From the NCBI RefSeq assembly GCF_000150275.1, contig NW_002061160.1, positions 1 through 7,401 on the forward strand: DNA of 7,401 nucleotides, written 5' to 3'. Source of the stretch: Trichoplax adhaerens. Its lineage: Eukaryota; Animalia; Placozoa. Positions 1 through 7,401 of this stretch are shown piece by piece (position 1 is the stretch's first letter; each line of letters starts with the position of its first letter). Below the pieces are notes generated by a model, which ran no database searches, had not been told where the DNA came from, and worked only from the letters and a program-made list of their open reading frames with translations. The position numbers and the translations under genes were made by a program.

Positions 1-2
1 TC

Positions 3-257
3 TATTATGAATACTATTATCCATACTTCAGAAAGTCATTTCTTAGAAAATATAGTCGTCTTTGGATTTTTGCTGCTATGTGGTATATCTTAACACCTAT
101 TGTTAATCCGTTTTTATATAACTTAGCTAGCAGTAAGTTTCGGAAGATTTTGCATTCACTACTATGTTACAGACGGCGTTCACTCTTTCATACAAATATA
201 GTTTGGATAAAACCAATTTCCGGACAAGGATTCGATTCAAGTAGAAAAACTTCTTGA
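3..257 (+). CDS. Class A (rhodopsin-like) GPCR, C-terminal part (ECL3, TM7, helix 8, tail); 5' portion lies upstream of the window
   Basis: Manual translation of frame +3 gives YYEYYYPYFRKSFLRKYSRLWIFAAMWYILTPIVNPFLYNLASSKFRKILHSLLCYRRRSLFHTNIVWIKPISGQGFDSSRKTS* (84 aa, TGA at 255-257). A hydrophobic TM7 ends in NPFLY (NPxxY, 105-119), followed by an amphipathic helix 8 (SSKFRKILHSLL) and a Cys that could be palmitoylated. It aligns without gaps to residues 257-283 of the 3030 receptor. Confidence 0.92.
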   Translation, partial: YYEYYYPYFRKSFLRKYSRLWIFAAMWYILTPIVNPFLYNLASSKFRKILHSLLCYRRRSLFHTNIVWIKPISGQGFDSSRKTS

Positions 258-302
258 GTTGCATTAACGCAAATTAACATTAATTATCCTCTTAATGACA
301 GA

Positions 303-360
303 ATATTTTATTTGTAAAATTATTTTAATTATTTTATTTATTTTATTTTATAAAATTTTT
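303..360 (+). repeat. AT-rich low-complexity (TTATT)n-like tract in the presumed 3' UTR of the upstream GPCR
   Basis: Almost pure A/T with repeated TTATT/TTTTA, starting about 45 nt after the stop codon. Contains TTATTTATT at 334-342. Confidence 0.6.
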
Positions 361-2103
361 CGCATCTTTCTTACATATATCTGTCACTCTGTTTTGCACC
401 GTGGTAAATTTCGGCGTCTGCTTCCTTACATACCCATACATATATCTTCTTTTATCATTTAAGCCGATGCAAATTTACAACTTCTAAAGGCTTTGATTGT
501 ATGTTAATATACTTAATGTTTATCCGGTCTAAAACTTGCTGGTGTATGTAATATCAAAGAAAGAACATTCTACTTCGTAGTTAATTATGGAATAAGGGCA
601 AATATTAACAATATCGCCAATCGCTAGGAGATTTGAAGTGCAGCCTAGTATGAAACTAATACACGTTACGATTAGCATAATCCATCCACTGAATAAAGTT
701 TAAAGAGATCAAAGTTCGAAGCTACTTTCAGCTTTCAACATTCTAAAGTAAAACGCAGTAGTAGATAACTGCTTTTGGTATTTCTATCACGTGTACTCAA
801 CTAATCGATAAAATCTACGTACTATTTATAGTACTAGTAAACGTAAGAACAAAACTTCAGAAAAAACTTTATTATATAATGTCACTGGCTCTACTTCATA
901 TTAGTTGCGCATGCGGAATGTTAGTTAATTATCTATTCTAATTGTCTGTTCTAACAATAGTTTATCAAAAAATCTTCATCTCTATTAAAAATTGATTTGA
1001 CATTAAATAACGTATATCTACGATAGTAGATAGTATTTGTCGATAAGGATAATCAAATTTTAGATGTGCTTTTCGAAAATAAAAGGGGCGCTACGAAAAT
1101 TTGCATTAATTTCTCTCTCATAAACGGAAATACTTATATAATACTGTAAAGGAATATATTATTCTAGCTTAAATAATAGATCAAATTATAGTGCTTACAT
1201 ATTAATACTTAAAACTAAAGTATTTGTTGTTATAGAAATAAATTAGGACCTAGCAGTCAAATAGTATTAGCCCAATCCATTGTGATAAACTGCAATTTTA
1301 CCGTCGGCATACACACTTGACGCCAAATAAAGTAGGATTAAGGTTAGTAGAGATATAGTATAATCTAGGAACGATGGCTAATTTCCCGAGAAAGACTAAC
1401 ATGCAGATATGTTTGGTACCAAATAGGTTACTGCCTAGATCTGATTTATTTAGAATTAGCCCTGGTCATAAATTTAAAAATCATTGCTAAGTCATGGATG
1501 AATTTGTTCATTTTGAACATTTTTATTATGCAAAGAATACTTAGCTTTTGATTGATATGTATTCTAGATAATTGATACTACTGAACCGATTATAATCACT
1601 GTAATAAGATTTTATGTTATGTAATGAATGTAAAGCTGTATTAGAACCTTTGACTGGATCTCAAAACGGAAAATTAAATTTAACTGATTGACTTTATTAG
1701 AACAAACTACTTCAGAAATGTGCCACTCTGGCTTTGCAATAAAAGAATCGTATTAAATGGATGATATTATTCACTAATTAGGGAGAACGCTTTAACGCTA
1801 TCAATTACAATATCAGAGAATAACTTATTCTTTACTTCAATTACAATATGTTGAATAGAGCAATATGAATAATATGCAAGTTTAAATCTTCTAGCTTGCT
1901 AAAAAAGTAATCGTAAGAAATGTCGATATTCTTACTTTAAATTATACAACAGGGTAAGTAGCTGAAAAAATCCGAAATTACTTATTGACCATTTTTTTCA
2001 AATTACGCTAGATTAATATTATTTGAACTTAGAACTTAATGACATATGTTCGTGAGTGGTAGCTGCAGCAGTGCGACATTTATAATTAAAGTCGTTAAAA
2101 ATA

Positions 2104-2248
2104 GCGGAGCGGGATTGGCATATAGTCATCTATCAAAAAGGGATGACATAATTAAAGGTTAATTAAGAGGAATAACAACTTAATATTAGTATAATAAGAA
2201 CTACACCAATCTGTTATCATATGCCTTCAAAATAACGAAAAAGCCAAT
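2104..2248. promoter_or_regulatory. Possible promoter elements for the downstream GPCR (GC-rich patch plus three CCAAT boxes)
   Basis: GCGGAGCGGG at 2104-2113, reverse CCAAT (ATTGG) at 2114-2118, and CCAAT at 2206-2210 and 2244-2248. These are motif matches only. Confidence 0.2.
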
Positions 2249-3029
2249 GCTCTCAATAAAATATGAATTAAAGACACTACAGGGTCATTATGTTACGTGG
2301 TTTTGTTACACGCTATGAATCGTTAAAGTTTATAACTAAAGTAAAGAAACAGTCGAGAAGGTATTAAATTAAAGAAAAAACGGCCTGAAGAATTGTACGA
2401 ATGAAAATCTAACTAGTAAATTATCTTTTGATCTGCAACTTAATTAATTATTAAACCACAACCTACAGGAAACGATTGCTAATCTTGCATCAAAAATAAT
2501 ACTGAGGAAAAAATTGAAAAAATGAGTGTGTCAAGCAATTCTTTTTCAATTTTAACAATGCAATAGATAATAATTATACAACAGTCTCATTTTTGATTAA
2601 TTAAAGTAGGTGTCCAAATTGAAAGCCTTTATATGACACTTAATTACTTTTGAGATTCGTTGATAAAACTATACAAAGAAACATGCTATCTAGTCTATGA
2701 CAGCTATTCTAAAAAGTATTATTTAAAGTACAATAATGCTATCAGTTCTAGTATTTCGTACCTTCTACAGTTGAAATTATGCAGATTATAATAGTAAATA
2801 TCTTTGCTAAAAGTCATATAATCTTCTCATGACTATTTTCAATAAGATTATCTTTAAACTATTTGCTAATATTTAATGCTTGAATCTATCAATTACTTAT
2901 CATTGAATAATTAAATAGGCAATTATAAGCTACACCTCTAATTATCTAATTTATATCGTAATCTCTTACCCCAACGATTACTTATACATAAAAATACACT
3001 AGAATATTGTTTAACTGTAAAATTATGAC

Positions 3030-3880
3030 ATGGACGCCAACAGAACTATCAACCAAAGTATTAAGACTACTTATTATGCTGCTTTAATTAACACAAGTGT
3101 TGGCGTTGTTGCGTTTATTTTAAATCTATCAGTTTGCTTTATTATTATTACACATTCTACTCTACGCCAGCCATTTAATCATCTAATACTAAATTTATCT
3201 TTTTCTGATCTCTTGGTCTCTTTAGCCGTCTTTTTCAACGGAATTTTAGATTATTTTTCAGTACAACGATTTATGTCTTATGAATTGGCTACGGTTATTT
3301 GCAAGATTAATATGTCATGTACTGTAATATCACTACCTGGTGCTTGCTTAACGTTACTTGAGATGAGTATTGAGCGTTATCATGCTGTTGCAATAATCCA
3401 ATTTCGATCTGTGAAATTATCAACGGTACGTAAGGCTATTTTGATCATTTGGATATTGGCGATTTTCTCAGCAATTATACCTATCATTTATACTCAGCTG
3501 GATCCTGTTTATCCAAATGATTGTTTTGTTGGCGACATTAATAATTTTGCCTTACTAGTCGTAAGCATTATAGTTTTATTCATAGCGTGTGTGGTATCCA
3601 TCGCGATTATGTTAATATTCTACAGTATCACTATTCATAAATTATGCCATAATATGGCTGTTGTTCAGCCTTTACAGACACGAATTACTAGTAAAAGGGA
3701 ACAAAATACGCGACGAACTATTATTCCAATTCTATTTCTGTCGATTTTTTCATCGATATCTAGCGTTCCGTACGTACTTCTAAATTATTATATTATCTTC
3801 AATCAATATTATACTCCTAAGTTTAGAAATAGTTTTATTCAGCAAAATCATTCTACATGGGCAGCCTCTTCAATACTGTT
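3030..3880 (+). CDS. Orphan class A (rhodopsin-like, 7tm_1) GPCR, intronless in the visible part; 3' end lost in the N-gap (expected ~340 aa, ending near 4050 if similar to its paralogue)
   Basis: 283 uninterrupted codons follow an ATG in good context (gacATGG), with an in-frame TAA at 3018. Features: N-terminal sequons NRT and NQS, TM1 Asn1.50 (N32), TM2 NLSFSDLL (D2.50 = D60), Cys3.25 (C91), ERY at 3372-3380, TM4 W4.50 and P4.60, an ECL2 Cys, TM5 Y5.58, TM6 P6.50 (SSVPY) and the start of TM7. The ORF-track end at 4472 is an artefact of reading through Ns. Confidence 0.95.
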
Positions 3881-4453
3881 NNNNNNNNNNNNNNNNNNNN
3901 NNNNNNNNNNNNNNNNNNNNNNNNNNNNNNNNNNNNNNNNNNNNNNNNNNNNNNNNNNNNNNNNNNNNNNNNNNNNNNNNNNNNNNNNNNNNNNNNNNNN
4001 NNNNNNNNNNNNNNNNNNNNNNNNNNNNNNNNNNNNNNNNNNNNNNNNNNNNNNNNNNNNNNNNNNNNNNNNNNNNNNNNNNNNNNNNNNNNNNNNNNNN
4101 NNNNNNNNNNNNNNNNNNNNNNNNNNNNNNNNNNNNNNNNNNNNNNNNNNNNNNNNNNNNNNNNNNNNNNNNNNNNNNNNNNNNNNNNNNNNNNNNNNNN
4201 NNNNNNNNNNNNNNNNNNNNNNNNNNNNNNNNNNNNNNNNNNNNNNNNNNNNNNNNNNNNNNNNNNNNNNNNNNNNNNNNNNNNNNNNNNNNNNNNNNNN
4301 NNNNNNNNNNNNNNNNNNNNNNNNNNNNNNNNNNNNNNNNNNNNNNNNNNNNNNNNNNNNNNNNNNNNNNNNNNNNNNNNNNNNNNNNNNNNNNNNNNNN
4401 NNNNNNNNNNNNNNNNNNNNNNNNNNNNNNNNNNNNNNNNNNNNNNNNNNNNN
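3881..4453. other. N-run (assembly gap or masking), 573 nt, interrupting the GPCR CDS
   Basis: Continuous Ns starting mid-codon within TM7. Confidence 0.98.
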
Positions 4454-5451
4454 AGCAGTTAATTTACTGTAGGTTTATAAGGTGTGTTAATCTCTAAAAA
4501 TTGAGCTGTATATGGACGAAGGCTAAGCGTCTTAACACCTGATAGCTTGTAGCTATCTAAGTCTGAGAATATCGACATGTATATTTAGTAATGGTATTAT
4601 ACTAATTAATGTAACTTGTAAAGCATGAATTCTCACTCGTTAATATTGGAATTCACTGTAGAAACCTATTTAAGCGCGTGTGTTTGTAGAATAAAGTAAG
4701 TAATTGCTCAAGAAACGGCAAGACTCATATCGTGAAGAATAGTGTAATAATTAGTCAGTTGTTTGTGGAGATCAGCCGAGAAAGCGAGTTCTCAAATACT
4801 TCTCTCATAGAAACTGAAAGTACTGGGAGAAATAGCCCAAGTTTTAAAGTAACTACACTAGAGTTCTTTACTTTCCTTTGCCACAAGTGAGGGTTGTGAC
4901 ACTATATTTAACAATTTACTCTGTGGAAATACCTCGCACTCTAGCTAACTGATACTGCTGTTCTCTACATTACTATAGTTATTCGACTAGTCATGTTGTT
5001 ACACACACGATGATCTTACACGATTATTCTCTTACACTAGTTTAATAAAGGTTGCTCTTCCCTTAACTATTCTATTGAACTTTTGTGATATATACCGATC
5101 ACGAAATTCCCCAATTTTAGTAAAATAAGGGCTTTATTGAATCTTATACAAAGATCAACTACACACAGCTCTACTCTAGCCGAATACTATTACTAAAGAC
5201 TTCTACAACAAACTAGCAGAATAATCTAAAGCTGTATGCTTTTATACTTTTCGTAGCATTCGCAGCTACAATCCGCATGGCAACCTTTTACCTTATTTTA
5301 CACATAGTAAATTATTTTTAGTAACACAATTCTACTGCGGACCATCATTAATCCGATAATGGATACGACTACAGCATTTACGTAGACATTATTCACACCG
5401 GCCAAAGTACAATGAATTAACCATATCCTAATATATGATTTACAGTTCTAT

Positions 5452-5547
5452 TTTTACCTATAGCCTTATTAGTAACTCAACAGCTTACTGTATATAGTCA
5501 TCTATACTCTAGCATTGAATCTATACCACTACAATTTATAGTTATGG
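5452..5547 (+). repeat. Diverged direct repeat, copy 1 (~96 bp)
   Basis: The core 5464-5547 aligns to 5962-6045 with 68 matches, 14 substitutions and two 2-nt indels (hand alignment, ~79%). Similarity extends about 12 nt further upstream. Confidence 0.85.
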
Positions 5548-5949
5548 CTACCAAATATCTCTTAGGATAAATATAGAAGTTACGCTACCGTACATTATAC
5601 TAAACATGGCTAACAGTCTACAATCACAATATTAAGTTACATCACAACTTTATTGCGACTAATACCGAACTCTCAACCTTGTGAAACATCACAATATTTA
5701 TAGATACAGCCTACTGATATTATTAGTTTAATAAGGGAATCGAGAATAATATTCTAACAATTCAAATCACTGTGATTGTAACTTACTTACGGTAGATTGT
5801 AGATAATCGTAGAAATGTTCCGTGATAGGACATATTGTAATCTGACAATTTTGTATTAGTCATTCGATGTCTATATTCGTAAATACTGTTATCTTCATTA
5901 GGTAGCAGAGGATAGAATTAGCTTTCGATTCATTAGCAGGTTTCAACAA

Positions 5950-6045
5950 TTTTATCTCTAACCTTATTAGTAGCTCAACCTCCTACTGTATATATAATCG
6001 TCTGTACTCTAGCATAAAGTCTACCAATACAGTCTATAATTATGG
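5950..6045 (+). repeat. Diverged direct repeat, copy 2 (~96 bp), abutting the gap
   Basis: Offset 498 nt from copy 1. Shared blocks are CCTTATTAGTA, CTCAAC, TACTGTATA, TACTCTAGCAT and TTATGG. Confidence 0.85.
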
Positions 6046-6047
6046 AC

Positions 6048-6299
6048 NNNNNNNNNNNNNNNNNNNNNNNNNNNNNNNNNNNNNNNNNNNNNNNNNNNNN
6101 NNNNNNNNNNNNNNNNNNNNNNNNNNNNNNNNNNNNNNNNNNNNNNNNNNNNNNNNNNNNNNNNNNNNNNNNNNNNNNNNNNNNNNNNNNNNNNNNNNNN
6201 NNNNNNNNNNNNNNNNNNNNNNNNNNNNNNNNNNNNNNNNNNNNNNNNNNNNNNNNNNNNNNNNNNNNNNNNNNNNNNNNNNNNNNNNNNNNNNNNNNN
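6048..6299. other. N-run (assembly gap or masking), 252 nt
   Basis: Continuous Ns directly after repeat copy 2. Confidence 0.98.
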
Positions 6300-6984
6300 A
6301 ATACTAACAAAACAACATTGCTGTCTTACGGTCTTAGTCCTTGACTTGTATTACTTCATGTTTTATTTTGAAATATATTAGAGTACAGGTATAGCACGAG
6401 GCAGTTATGATCTGAACACAATTTGACCTTTGAGCTCTCTTATAAATTAGATATCTAACTGATTTACTTGCCCTTACTGGAAAATGAATAAGTTTTACAA
6501 TCCATAACTTAAAAACATGCTATCAACTGTATTGCAGCGTACTTATACGTAACGATAGTCTTACGCACCAACATACCATTGTATCAGACACTATTTTCTT
6601 GAATTCTAAAGTCACTAAAGATATTCTGTAATAATATGTAACTCCTTCAGCTATTTTTATAGTTTATACTACTACGCAATAAGAATACGCCCACAAAACA
6701 AGTAGATAAAAAGTGCTTTATTATACAATGATTTACAGCAGTATATATTAGCTACCATCCGCCATAACTTCCACAGTTCTTCTTTTCTTACTATCGATTC
6801 CCGATCATCTTCTATTATGGCTTTCATTATCCATAACTCTTTCGTAAACATATTTGTAAAAACTCTTAGCCATTACCTCACACTTTGCATTCAAGCTGTT
6901 CGTTATAAATTTAAGGCATTTAGTAGACATCTAATTTTCGAAAGCACCGTGATCACAGTTCTTTGCTTTTCTAACTTTAAACCA

Positions 6985-7033
6985 ATACAACCTCTGATCA
7001 TACATGATACAACCTCTAATCATACATGATACA
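6985..7033 (+). repeat. 22-bp tandem repeat, ~2.2 copies (ATACAACCTCTRATCATACATG)
   Basis: 6985-7006 and 7007-7028 differ at one base, followed by a partial ATACA. Confidence 0.9.
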
Positions 7034-7231
7034 GTCTCACTCTAACCTTCGCATATGGTGCGAACTGCCCATGTTATATTAACTATATTACTATCGTAGA
7101 ATTACTAATCCTTTACTTCAATTGCCGTATGTTAAACAGAGCGATCTTCTTAATAGTCAAGTTTTAATGTTCTTACTTGCTATGAGAATAATCATATCAC
7201 ATACTGTACATGATGTCATTTAATTCAATCT

Positions 7232-7254
7232 TACCGTGATTAAGAATCACGGTA
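7232..7254. repeat. Perfect 10-bp inverted repeat with 3-nt spacer (TACCGTGATT-AAG-AATCACGGTA)
   Basis: The arms are exact reverse complements. Confidence 0.8.
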
Positions 7255-7401
7255 TATGTATCAAAGCTTTTGAGATAAAAAATTTACTTTTAACCTTATT
7301 TTAATCATCACGAATTTATATCCATCTTTATGTTTGGAATACTTAGCGTAGCTTCGATGTTGATTATTACCCTGATTCTATAATTTTATGCCTGAAATAT
7401 T

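Noticed and set aside
674-722. Pol III B-box-like GTTCGAAGC with a weak upstream A-box (tRNA or SINE?)
   Set aside because: No cloverleaf stems, a poor A-box, and no poly-A tail or target-site duplication.
1374-1490. 38-aa plus-strand ORF MANFPRKTNMQICLVPNRLL...
   Set aside because: Short, with no recognisable motif; expected by chance.
3-3880. Assignment as opsin or aminergic receptor, or any specific gene symbol
   Set aside because: Position 7.43 in gene 1 is Ile, not the retinal-binding Lys, and position 3.32 in gene 2 is Thr, not Asp. No diagnostic orthology is visible.
3857-4472. ORF-track 201-aa ORF (3857-4462) and the 480-aa extension of the GPCR to 4472
   Set aside because: Both are artefacts of translating through Ns, which contain no stops.
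4480-4900. Several short hairpins (e.g. GATAGCT-TGT-AGCTATC at 4541-4557) as a possible ncRNA
   Set aside because: Stems of 5-7 bp are common in AT-rich DNA, and no snRNA, snoRNA or other family motif was recognised.
4938-6045. CRISPR-like repeat-spacer array
   Set aside because: The repeats are degenerate and irregularly spaced (235, 333 and 500 nt), there are no cas genes, and the locus is eukaryotic.
5975-6344. ORF-track 111-aa (minus) and 100-aa (plus) ORFs
   Set aside because: Mostly Ns. The real part overlaps repeat copy 2, whose sister copy has frame-breaking 2-nt indels.
6672-6851. 59-aa minus-strand ORF MFTKELWIMKAIIEDDRESIVRKEELWKLW...
   Set aside because: A purine-rich stretch with no recognisable homology. 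It cannot be supported as an exon without transcript data.
6817-7029. 70-aa plus-strand ORF MAFIIHNSF...
   Set aside because: No recognisable motif, no GPCR similarity, and it runs through a 22-bp (non-triplet) tandem repeat.
7232-7270. Hairpin as a Helitron 3' end or a bacterial terminator
   Set aside because: No CTRR at the expected distance on either strand, no U-tract, and the context is eukaryotic.

Overview
AT-rich (roughly 30% GC by eye) eukaryotic, almost certainly animal, genomic DNA with two N-runs (3881-4453 and 6048-6299). It holds two same-strand rhodopsin-like (class A) GPCR paralogues with no introns in the visible coding sequence, 2.77 kb apart. The first is the 3' end of a receptor at <3..257 (ECL3, TM7 NPFLY, helix 8, tail), which the ORF track missed. 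The second starts at 3030 and runs from TM1 to the start of TM7, then disappears into the first gap. The two share an unusual ECL3 motif, YYxPxFRxSF-x7-W. The second receptor lacks the canonical P5.50/I3.40/F6.44 and W6.48 activation switches, and the family shows some odorant-receptor-like motifs. This suggests a lineage-expanded orphan receptor cluster, possibly chemosensory (inference). The composition and gene style resemble an early-branching animal such as a placozoan, but the species cannot be proven from this window. The rest looks non-coding: a diverged ~96 bp direct repeat next to the second gap, a 22 bp tandem duplication, several GTGAT/ATCAC palindromes and weak promoter-like motif clusters. 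No RNA genes, CRISPR arrays or recognisable transposases were found.
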